NCBI GenBank assembly: GCA_045606105.1
Contig: JAZURI010000003.1
Location: 1-64,000, forward strand
DNA length: 64,000 bases
Direction: 5' to 3'
DNA from: Spirochaetia bacterium
GTDB taxonomy: Bacteria > Spirochaetota > Spirochaetia > CADAEX01
Shown: positions 49,426 to 57,675 of the stretch, piece by piece
Position numbering within the stretch: position 1 is the stretch's first letter
Layout: every line of letters begins with the position of its first letter
Translations under genes and position numbers: made by a program
The notes under the pieces: generated by a model
What the model was told of the DNA's origin: nothing
The model's database searches: none
The model's input: only the letters and a program-made list of their open reading frames with translations

Positions 49426-51517
49426 GACATCAGAAAAAACAAAAAAGACAACATTGCTTATCGTAGAGTCTCCTGCCAAGGCAAAGACAATTGAACATTA
49501 TCTCGGAAGAGGTTACTCGGTTGAGGCTTCGGTAGGGCATCTCATAGATCTGCCTAAATCCAGGATTGCCATCGATCCGGAAAACAACTTCGAGCCTGAA
49601 TATATAACTGTACGGGGAAAGGCCGGCATTCTCAAGGAGCTTGAAAAAAAGGCATCCAAGGCTGATGTGGTTCTCCTGGCTTCCGATAATGACCGTGAGG
49701 GAGAGGCTATTTCCTATCATCTCAAGTGCGCTCTTGAAAAAAAGAACATCAATGCAAAGATTGAAAGAATCATATTCAACGAAATTACTCCGGTAGCCAT
49801 CAAGGAGGCAGTAAGATCTCCTAAGGAAATCGACATGGGTAAGGTAAATGCCCAGAAGGCCAGACGCGTGCTGGACAGGATTATCGGCTACAATCTTTCC
49901 CCTATCCTGTGGAAAAAGGTGAAGAACGGTCTTTCCGCCGGTCGTGTACAGTCCGTGGCTCTCAGGCTTATCTGCGACAGGGAACAGGAAGTTTTGGATT
50001 TCGTACCGGAAGAATACTGGAGCCTGGATGTGGAGCTTTCCAAGGGAAAATCCTCCTTTGCCGCACAGTTTGCAGGGGTTGGCGATGAAAAGGTAACCTT
50101 CGGCAGCAAGGAAGAGGCAGACAGCTTCATGAAGAAACTCGAAGGAAAGGATTTCTTGGTTTCCGATGTGAAGAAAACAGAAAAGCATATTCCGCCCAAA
50201 GCTCCGTACACCACTTCAAAGCTGCAGCAGGATGCGGCAAACAGGCTTAATTTTACCTCAAAGAAAACCATGCAGCTGGCTCAGCAGCTTTACGAAGGTA
50301 TAAACATGGGTTCCAGCCGTGTCGGTCTTATCACCTACATGAGAACCGACTCCACCCGTATCTCCAACCAGGCCCTGGATGACGTAAGGGCTTATATCGG
50401 GGCAAATTTTCCTGATCAGCTTGCTCCCAACAGCATAAACTATTCTCTTGGAAAACGGGCTCAGGATGCACACGAAGCCATCCGTCCTACCTATGTGAAA
50501 TATACACCTGACTATGTGAAGCAGTTCCTCACACCGGATCAGCTCAAGCTCTATACCATTATCTGGGAACGATTTGTTGCATCCCAGATGACAGATACCG
50601 TGCTTTCCGTAACCACAGCCGATATTCTCTGCGGCGATGCGTTGTTCCGGGTTATTGCCTCTTCCGTCAAGGAAAAGGGCTTCCAGAAGGTTCTGAAGCT
50701 CCTGGCCGTAAAGGAAAAGAGCATAAAGCTTCCGGCTCTTGCCGCAGGAGAAAAGCTCAGTTTCGAGGAATATGTTACCGAACAGCATTTTACCCAGGGG
50801 CCTTCCCGCTATACCGATGCAAGTATCGTCAAGATTCTTGAGGAAAAGGGAATCGGCCGTCCTTCCACCTACGCTCCTATCATCTCGCTTCTTCTGGAGC
50901 ACTATTATGTCGGAAGGAAAAACAAGCAGCTTATCCCTACAGCTCTGGGAAAAACCGTAAATACAATCCTCATGGCATCATTCCCTGACATTCTGGATGT
51001 GAATTTCACGGCAGAGATGGAGCAGAAGCTGGATGATGTGGAGGAATCAAAGGATAACTGGAGCCAGATGATCGGCGAATTCTACTTCCCGTTCAAGGAA
51101 CAGGCTGACAAGGTAATGTCCACACTGGAATCGGTAAGGGGAACCATGGACGAGGAAACCGAATACAGCTGCGAGCTCTGCGGAAAGCCTATGGTGAAGA
51201 AGCTGGGTCGTTTCGGTCATTTCCTGGCATGCTCAGGCTTCCCTGAATGCAAGAACACACAGTCGGTTCCGTTCTGCAGATGTCCTAAACCGGGCTGCAG
51301 CGGTCTTATAGTGGCCAGAAAGAAAAGAGGGGGTAAAAGCAAGGAATTCTACGGATGCACAAACTATCCGGAATGCGATTTCATCTGCAACCAGAAGCCT
51401 ACCGACAAGATGTGTCCCGACTGCGGATACTTCATGGTTGAACGGTACGAGAAGGAAAGGGGAACCTTCTATTCCTGTACCAATACCGAATGCAGGAACT
51501 GCGTAAAGGAAAACTGA
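49418..51517 (+). CDS. topA: DNA topoisomerase I
   Basis: IVESPAKAKTI, D.DREGE, SAGRVQS, ITYMRTDS, GIGRPSTY, C-terminal zinc ribbons. Confidence 0.98.
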   Translation: MPKTSEKTKKTTLLIVESPAKAKTIEHYLGRGYSVEASVGHLIDLPKSRIAIDPENNFEPEYITVRGKAGILKELEKKASKADVVLLASDNDREGEAISYHLKCALEKKNINAKIERIIFNEITPVAIKEAVRSPKEIDMGKVNAQKARRVLDRIIGYNLSPILWKKVKNGLSAGRVQSVALRLICDREQEVLDFVPEEYWSLDVELSKGKSSFAAQFAGVGDEKVTFGSKEEADSFMKKLEGKDFLVSDVKKTEKHIPPKAPYTTSKLQQDAANRLNFTSKKTMQLAQQLYEGINMGSSRVGLITYMRTDSTRISNQALDDVRAYIGANFPDQLAPNSINYSLGKRAQDAHEAIRPTYVKYTPDYVKQFLTPDQLKLYTIIWERFVASQMTDTVLSVTTADILCGDALFRVIASSVKEKGFQKVLKLLAVKEKSIKLPALAAGEKLSFEEYVTEQHFTQGPSRYTDASIVKILEEKGIGRPSTYAPIISLLLEHYYVGRKNKQLIPTALGKTVNTILMASFPDILDVNFTAEMEQKLDDVEESKDNWSQMIGEFYFPFKEQADKVMSTLESVRGTMDEETEYSCELCGKPMVKKLGRFGHFLACSGFPECKNTQSVPFCRCPKPGCSGLIVARKKRGGKSKEFYGCTNYPECDFICNQKPTDKMCPDCGYFMVERYEKERGTFYSCTNTECRNCVKEN

Positions 51518-51518
51518 T

Positions 51519-52439
51519 TTGGACAGATATATTTCCTATCTTACAGATATCAGGAAACTCTCAAAGGCAACAATAAAGGCCTACACCGGGGATCTGGATG
51601 AATATTTCTCATACATGACCTCCAATGGGGAGAATCCGGATAATCCTGACAGGAACTGCGGAAGGAAATATGTGGCCCATCTGTCAAGAAAGGGATTTGA
51701 TCCGAGAAGCATCAACAGGAAAATTTCCTGCCTGAGAAAATATTATGCTTACAGGATCAGGGAAAAAGAGAGCTCCTTCAATCCTTTCGATTTTGTAAAA
51801 GCTCTGAAAACAGACCGTAAGCTGCCGGTATATCTTTCAGCCGGAGAAATAAACAGACTTGACGGTCAGACAGAAAAAAGAGAATCCGTGAGTGCTGCTC
51901 TGGGTGCCCGTGACAATGCCCTTTTCCACTTTCTCTACGCATCAGGATGCCGTATTTCCGAAGCTCTTTCCATCAATCTGGAAAAGGTGGATTTCAGCCG
52001 GAGAGAAATCGTTATCACAGGAAAGGGAAACAAGCAGCGGGTTGTTTTTTTCGGAGACCGGGGATACGAGGCTCTGGAAAAATATCTCCCTTACAGGGAA
52101 GAAATCCTGAATGCAAACCAGAGCAAAACCAAGGCCCTTTTTGTCAGCAGCAGAGGAAAGAGGCTGACAGCCGGTGGTGCTTCATACATACTCGGAAAAT
52201 ATATGGCGGAAAGCGGAATAGACAAGAAGGTTACACTTCATACCTTCAGGCACACATTTGCCACCCATATCCTGGAAAACGGAGCCGATATCAGGGCTGT
52301 ACAGGAGCTTATGGGCCATTCCGGACTTTCTTCGACACAGATTTATACCCATGTGGGAATAGGCAGACTGAAGGATATTCACCGTATTGCCCATCCCCAC
52401 GGAAGGCTTGATAACCAAGGAGAAAAACATGGAATTTAG
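51519..52439 (+). CDS. xerC: Tyrosine recombinase XerC-like
   Basis: RD.AL...[38 protein letters not shown]. Confidence 0.88.
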   Translation: MDRYISYLTDIRKLSKATIKAYTGDLDEYFSYMTSNGENPDNPDRNCGRKYVAHLSRKGFDPRSINRKISCLRKYYAYRIREKESSFNPFDFVKALKTDRKLPVYLSAGEINRLDGQTEKRESVSAALGARDNALFHFLYASGCRISEALSINLEKVDFSRREIVITGKGNKQRVVFFGDRGYEALEKYLPYREEILNANQSKTKALFVSSRGKRLTAGGASYILGKYMAESGIDKKVTLHTFRHTFATHILENGADIRAVQELMGHSGLSSTQIYTHVGIGRLKDIHRIAHPHGRLDNQGEKHGI

Positions 52440-52962
52440 AGGAACTACCATCCTTGCCGTAAGAAAGGGGGGAAAAACAGCCATGGCCGGAGACGGACAG
52501 GTAACCCTTGACAAGACTGTAATGAAAGGACATGCGCGTAAGGTCCGCAAGATATATGACGGAAAGATTCTGGTGGGATTTGCCGGTGCTACGGCAGATG
52601 CCTTCACCCTTTTCGAGAAATTTGAAGGAAAGCTCAAGGAATTCAACGGGGACATGACCCGCAGTGCCGTAGAGCTGGCCAAGGAATGGAGAACAGACCG
52701 TGCTCTCCGTCGTCTGGAGGCAATGCTTCTGGCTGCCGATGCCGGCAAGATACTCCTTATTTCAGGTACCGGCGACGTGGTGGAGCCGGACGAGGATACC
52801 CTGGCCATCGGCTCCGGCGGAAACTATGCCTATGCTGCAGCCCTTGCCCTTCTCCGGGCCGATGTTGCAATGGAGGCATCCGAGGTGGCCAGGAAATCCC
52901 TGGAAATAGCATCTCAGATCTGTATCTATACTAACGACAATATTATCGTGGAGGAGCTCTGA
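52429..52962 (+). CDS. hslV: ATP-dependent protease subunit HslV
   Basis: TTILAV, GDGQVT, GFAG.TADA, AIGSGG.YA, CIYTN; SD aggag. Confidence 0.97.
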   Translation: MEFRGTTILAVRKGGKTAMAGDGQVTLDKTVMKGHARKVRKIYDGKILVGFAGATADAFTLFEKFEGKLKEFNGDMTRSAVELAKEWRTDRALRRLEAMLLAADAGKILLISGTGDVVEPDEDTLAIGSGGNYAYAAALALLRADVAMEASEVARKSLEIASQICIYTNDNIIVEEL

Positions 52963-54320
52963 TGTTGGATTTTGATCAGCTTACACCGAAACAGATAGTT
53001 GAAGAACTTGATAAATATATCATCGGCCAGAACAATGCAAAGAAGGTCGTGGCCATGGCACTCAGGAACAGAGTCAGGAGAAAACAGCTCCCGGAGGCAC
53101 TCAGGGAAGAGGTTATTCCAAAGAACATCATCATGATCGGTTCCACAGGTGTAGGAAAGACAGAAATAGCCAGAAGACTTTCAAAGCTTTCAGGAGCCCC
53201 ATTTGTAAAGGTGGAGGCTACTAAATATACCGAGGTAGGCTATGTGGGCCGCGATGTGGAGTCCATAATCAGGGACCTTATGTCAGTGGCTGTAAACATG
53301 GTCAAGTCAGAAATGAGAAATGGTGTGGAGGCCGATGCAAAGGCCCGTGTCGAGGAACTTATCCTTGATGCCCTTCTTCCCGGAACCGGAAACAAGCCGC
53401 TTGCCGAGGGCGAAAACCAGGTTCCTCAGATTCCTGCCGGAGATTCCTCTCTCAGGGAAAAGTTCAGGAACAAGCTCCGGAACAACGAACTTGAGGAGAA
53501 GCAGATAGAGATAGATGTGAATCAGGGCGGATTCCAGCCGATGGAGATTTTTGCAGGAACCGGAATGGATGACATGGGTCTCAATTTCGGAAGCATTACC
53601 GGCATGCTGGGCAATAAGAAAAAGAAACGGAGAACCAGTGTAAAGAATGCCAGGGAGCTTCTTCTCGAAGAGGAAATTGACAAGCTTATCGATACAGACA
53701 AGGTTTCCGAAATTGCAAGAAAGCGTACCCAGGAGATGGGTATCGTGTTTATCGATGAAATTGACAAGGTGGCCGGCAGACAGAGTACCGGCGGTGCCGA
53801 TGTATCCAGGGAAGGGGTCCAGAGAGACATTCTTCCTATCGTGGAGGGCTGCAAGGTCAATACAAAATATGGAATGGTGGATACCACCCATATCCTTTTC
53901 ATTGCAGCAGGTGCTTTCCACATGAGCAAGCCGTCGGACCTTATTCCTGAGCTTCAGGGACGTTTTCCTCTCAGGGTTGAGCTGGGAAGCCTCAAGGCCG
54001 ATGAATTTGAGAAAATACTTACAGTACCGAAAAATGCACTTATCAAGCAGTATGAGGCCCTTATGGATACGGAAGGGGTAAAGCTTGAGTTCACACCGGA
54101 AGCCGTAAGAAGAATTGCGGTTATCTCGGAGGAACTGAATTCCGGTACGGAAAATATCGGGGCAAGAAGACTTCATACCATTATGGAGCTTCTTCTGGAA
54201 GAGGTCTCTTTCTCGGCTCCTGAGCTGAAGGGACAGACCATAACCATAACTCCGCAGTATGTGGACGAAAGACTTCACGGAGTATTGGGAGACCAGGATC
54301 TGGCAAAATATATCCTTTAG
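52962..54320 (+). CDS. hslU: ATP-dependent protease ATPase subunit HslU
   Basis: PKNI.MIG.TGVGKTEIARR, GYVGRDVES, DEIDK, PELQGRFP, NIGARRL. Confidence 0.98.
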   Translation: MLDFDQLTPKQIVEELDKYIIGQNNAKKVVAMALRNRVRRKQLPEALREEVIPKNIIMIGSTGVGKTEIARRLSKLSGAPFVKVEATKYTEVGYVGRDVESIIRDLMSVAVNMVKSEMRNGVEADAKARVEELILDALLPGTGNKPLAEGENQVPQIPAGDSSLREKFRNKLRNNELEEKQIEIDVNQGGFQPMEIFAGTGMDDMGLNFGSITGMLGNKKKKRRTSVKNARELLLEEEIDKLIDTDKVSEIARKRTQEMGIVFIDEIDKVAGRQSTGGADVSREGVQRDILPIVEGCKVNTKYGMVDTTHILFIAAGAFHMSKPSDLIPELQGRFPLRVELGSLKADEFEKILTVPKNALIKQYEALMDTEGVKLEFTPEAVRRIAVISEELNSGTENIGARRLHTIMELLLEEVSFSAPELKGQTITITPQYVDERLHGVLGDQDLAKYIL

Positions 54321-54331
54321 GGAGGGGAGAT

Positions 54332-55270
54332 ATGAGAGAGCAGATTTCAAACTTATGGAAAAATCTTAAAAACGGACAGAAAGTTACACTGATAATGATT
54401 TTTGTTGCTGCTTTTGCCGGAATTCTGTTTCTGTGCTCGGCAGGAACCACATCCTTCAAGACACCGCTCTTTACCGCACCTATCGGGGATAAGGATGTTA
54501 TCAGCCGTATTTCAATCCGTCTTGACCGGGCCGGTGTGGAGCATTCCCTCAGGGACGGGATGATTTTTGTAAATGACAAGGAATCTGCCGGAAAGATGGT
54601 AGCTCTTCTGGTAAGGGAAGATCTGGTGCCTAAGGAAGCTTCTCCATGGGATGTTTTCAGGATGGACAGATGGACCACCACCGATTTCGAGCGCAATGTC
54701 AATCTCCGCCGTGCCATTACAGAAGGGCTTGAAAACCATATCGAGTCCCTGGATGACATAGATAAGGCCGGAATTACCCTGGTAATGCCTGAAAAGGAGC
54801 TTTTCTCCGAGGATCAGAAAGAGGTTACCGCCTCCATTATCCTTACAGTCAGACCCGGCTCCGACTTCATCTACAACAGAAAGAAGATCGAAGGAATCAT
54901 AAAGCTGGTAAAGTTTGCGGTGGAAGGGCTTGAAACAGAAAATATCACTATCTGCGATACTGCAGGAAATGTCCTCAGCGACCTGTCGGCACTTCCTGTA
55001 CCGCCTCAGGGTATGCAGATAACCGAACCTGAACAGACCGGGATTATAAAGGAAAGCAATACTCTTTTCTTTATCGGTGAGTTCGGAGTAGGATACAATC
55101 ACATATACATGGCTCTTGGTGCTGCTGCCGTAATTGTCATTGCCGTGTTTGCAGTCAGGGGTATCAGAAAGAAAAAGGATGAAGCTCTTCTTTCAGATGC
55201 AAGGAAAATTGCTTCCGAAAATCCGGAAGAAGTTGCCAGACTTATCAAGATGTGGCTTTCGGAGGGGTAG
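54332..55270 (+). CDS. fliF: Flagellar MS-ring protein FliF, internally shortened (312 aa)
   Basis: Spirochete FliF motifs DPW-like SPWDVF..DRWT.TDFER.VNLRRAI, LVMPE..LF..DQ..VTASI, AVEGL..ENI.I.D; C-terminal NPEEVARLIKMWLSE. Confidence 0.88.
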   Translation: MREQISNLWKNLKNGQKVTLIMIFVAAFAGILFLCSAGTTSFKTPLFTAPIGDKDVISRISIRLDRAGVEHSLRDGMIFVNDKESAGKMVALLVREDLVPKEASPWDVFRMDRWTTTDFERNVNLRRAITEGLENHIESLDDIDKAGITLVMPEKELFSEDQKEVTASIILTVRPGSDFIYNRKKIEGIIKLVKFAVEGLETENITICDTAGNVLSDLSALPVPPQGMQITEPEQTGIIKESNTLFFIGEFGVGYNHIYMALGAAAVIVIAVFAVRGIRKKKDEALLSDARKIASENPEEVARLIKMWLSEG

Positions 55271-55273
55271 AAT

Positions 55274-56242
55274 ATGAAGAAAAAACTTTCCGGAAAAGAG
55301 AAAGCTGCCGTATTCATCATGGCTCTGGGATCTGAGATCTCCTCTTCCGTATGCAGTCATCTCTGCAGTGAAGACCAGGAAATCCTCTCCTATGAAATAG
55401 CAGCCAGAAGAATAACCGGTGCCTGCAGCGTAAAGTCTGTTCTGTCTGAATTCAGGAATCTCATGAAGGCAGGTAACCTTACCGTTATCGGAGGAATCGA
55501 CTATGCCGGTTCAGTTCTTAAAAGGACAATGGGACTTGAAAAAGCAGAAGAAATCATCAGCCGTATTTCCCTGTTCATGCACAGGAAGCCCTTTGATTCC
55601 ATAAGAAAGGTTGCGCCGGATTCGCTTCTTGCCCTTCTGAAAGGGGAACATCCCCAGACCATAGCCGTGGTTCTTGCCAATGTGGAGCCGGAAAAGGCCT
55701 CTTCAATCCTTGCCAGACTGCCTCGTGAAATCCAGTCGGATGTGGCAAAGCGTATTGCCGTATTGGACAGAACCGAACCTGAAACTCTTCTCAGAATTGA
55801 GAAAATCATCGAAAGAAAGCATGCTATGGCTTCTGCTGCCGGAGAATACAGGGGCGGAATAGAAAGCATCATCGAAATACTGAACCATATGGACCGCAGC
55901 TCCGGGGACAATATTATAAGTACCATTCTCAGGGAGGATTCTCTCCTGTCAGCCAGACTCAGGGAAAAGAATCTCAGCTTCGACGATATTGCATTGCTGG
56001 ACAATCCTTCTGTTATCCGGATAATCAGGGAAACCGATCCGGTTGAAATCGAGAAGGCACTCCGTACAGCCGATTACAGGGTACGGGAAAAAATCATGAA
56101 CAATCTCTCCTCCGAGGTTTCCGAAAAGGTAAGAAACAACGAGGGTCGTCCTATTCTGATTGCCGATATCGAGGCTGCACAGAACAGGATAACAGGGCTT
56201 TTGAAAAAGCTTATGGAACAGGGCGAAATTGCTTTTGCATGA
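55274..56242 (+). CDS. fliG: Flagellar motor switch protein FliG, divergent
   Basis: LSGKEKAA, GGIDYA, EHPQTIA, GG linker, DIE.AQ.RI...GEI. Confidence 0.92.
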   Translation: MKKKLSGKEKAAVFIMALGSEISSSVCSHLCSEDQEILSYEIAARRITGACSVKSVLSEFRNLMKAGNLTVIGGIDYAGSVLKRTMGLEKAEEIISRISLFMHRKPFDSIRKVAPDSLLALLKGEHPQTIAVVLANVEPEKASSILARLPREIQSDVAKRIAVLDRTEPETLLRIEKIIERKHAMASAAGEYRGGIESIIEILNHMDRSSGDNIISTILREDSLLSARLREKNLSFDDIALLDNPSVIRIIRETDPVEIEKALRTADYRVREKIMNNLSSEVSEKVRNNEGRPILIADIEAAQNRITGLLKKLMEQGEIAFA

Positions 56243-56253
56243 AGAGGTAACTG

Positions 56254-56904
56254 ATGTCAGATATACTTTTTAAAGCCGTAGATATAGCAGAACTGGAAAA
56301 TGCCAAGGCGCTGGAGAACCGGGAAAATGCCTGTGCCGAGGCAGAAAGCATAAGGGCTCAGGCCCGTGCCGAAGCGGAGCGTATACTGGCCGAGGCTGAA
56401 AAGAATGCCCGTCTTGCCGAAAGGAAAGGGGAACAGAAGGGGCGTGATGCAGGCTTCCGGGAGGGACTTGCAGAGGTTTCCATGGTTGCGGAAAGAATCC
56501 GTTCCGTTCTTGTGAGGCTTACGGAGGAAAAGGACAGGATGCTGGCTTCTGCAGAGGATGAACTTGCCTCCCTGGCTCTTGAAATTGCAGAAAAGATAGT
56601 TAAAAGAAGCTGTGAGGAATACCGGGAAACAGCTGTTGAGAACATAAGGCATGCACTGACAGGCATCGGTGAAAGCTCAGAGGTGACAATCAGGGTCAAT
56701 CTGGAGGATATCGATATATCCCAGACCCATCTCAGGGATTTTCAGTCTGCATGTTCTGATGGCGGAAAAATCAAAATAGTACCGGAGCCGTCGGTGGAAA
56801 GGGGCGGCTGCATAGTCGAGACCGGATCATGCCGTATCGATGCCACAGTCTCATCCCAGCTCAGGGCTGTGGAAAGGATATGGAAAGATGTTCGGGAAGT
56901 ATAG
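56254..56904 (+). CDS. fliH: FliH/SctL-family protein, short
   Basis: AxxxA/GxxxG repeats (GEQKGRDAGFREG), IRVN..D, GGCIVET..IDA.V.SQL. Confidence 0.88.
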   Translation: MSDILFKAVDIAELENAKALENRENACAEAESIRAQARAEAERILAEAEKNARLAERKGEQKGRDAGFREGLAEVSMVAERIRSVLVRLTEEKDRMLASAEDELASLALEIAEKIVKRSCEEYRETAVENIRHALTGIGESSEVTIRVNLEDIDISQTHLRDFQSACSDGGKIKIVPEPSVERGGCIVETGSCRIDATVSSQLRAVERIWKDVREV

Positions 56905-57154
56905 GGAAGCCCTTCGGAAAAGGGATACGCTGACCTTTACCGGCAGGATAGTCAAGGTTTCGGAAAACCTGGCCGAAAGCATAGGGCCGGCAGTGGCACT
57001 GGGCGATATCTGCCGCATAATTATTCCATCCACAGGCGAAGGTATCAGGGCCGAGGTAATCGGTCTGGACCGGGAAACAGTCTGCCTCAGGGCAGCCGGC
57101 TCTCTCAAGGGGGTCAGGATCGGCTCTGTAGTGGAAGCGGAAAACAGCTTGTAA
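56888..57154 (+). CDS. fliI: FliI N-terminal domain only (88 aa, no ATPase domain)
   Basis: MFGKY..., TGRIVKV...AESIGP...GDICRI...AEVIGL...GVRIGSVV matches the FliI N-terminal beta-barrel; TAA TAA stop; no Walker motifs seen downstream. Confidence 0.8.
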   Translation: MFGKYREALRKRDTLTFTGRIVKVSENLAESIGPAVALGDICRIIIPSTGEGIRAEVIGLDRETVCLRAAGSLKGVRIGSVVEAENSL

Positions 57155-57199
57155 TAAAATTTCACTTATATATCAGACCGAAAAGTTCGACAATTAAGT

Positions 57200-57604
57200 A
57201 TGGTGCAGTTTTTATATCCCGTACTAAGAGAGCCGGACATTCTCAGGAAATATCCCACAGAAATCGTTGATATGACAAAAATCGGCAATTCAGTGAAGAG
57301 AATCACTGCCGAGGTTATAATCCCTGGAGTAGGCTTTGCCTCCGTATCCCTGAAATTCAACGGTAACAGGTTCACCATGGATATTGCTGTAAACCGCAGC
57401 GGGGTAAAGAAGCTGGTGGAGGAGAGAATCCATGAGCTTGTAAGCAGGTATAAATCCCCCGATTATATCCTTACAGAGCTTTCCGTAAGGCTGGATGAGG
57501 AAAGGCTGTGCACATCCGGTTCCTGTCTCGATATCATGTCTGACAGGTGGCTCAATATCGTTTATCCCGACTCATCATCATGTCATCTGGAAACCTTTGC
57601 CTAA
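57200..57604 (+). CDS. FliK C-terminal (T3S4)-like domain protein
   Basis: IPGVGFASVSLKFNGNRFTMDIAV....VKKLVEERIHEL resembles the L.P..LG.v.v.l FliK-C pattern; located at the fliK position. Confidence 0.5.
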   Translation: MVQFLYPVLREPDILRKYPTEIVDMTKIGNSVKRITAEVIIPGVGFASVSLKFNGNRFTMDIAVNRSGVKKLVEERIHELVSRYKSPDYILTELSVRLDEERLCTSGSCLDIMSDRWLNIVYPDSSSCHLETFA

Positions 57605-57637
57605 TAATATATTTATATTAAATAATAAAGAAACAGT

Positions 57638-57666
57638 TTGCAAAATTACGGTATGTTTGCTAAAAT
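57638..57666 (+). promoter_or_regulatory. Internal sigma70-type promoter for fliM(N)-fliOPQR-flhBA-flhF
   Basis: TTGCAA-N17-TAAAAT preceded by an AT-rich UP-like tract at 57603-57630. Confidence 0.7.
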
Positions 57667-57675
57667 ATATGCAGT

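Noticed and set aside
47479-52439. Two tyrosine recombinases as a sign of an integrated element
   Set aside because: xerD-dprA-topA-xerC after ftsZ is the normal Treponema-type chromosomal arrangement; no att sites or cargo
54420-54440. Cys after FliF TM1 (ILFL-C) as an SctJ-like lipobox
   Set aside because: The -1 residue is Leu rather than a small residue and the N-region is long; not a convincing lipoprotein signal
57155-57184. sigma28 promoter (TAAA...ACCGAAAA) before the FliK-like ORF
   Set aside because: Spacing is 18 nt and the -10 has mismatches; too weak to call
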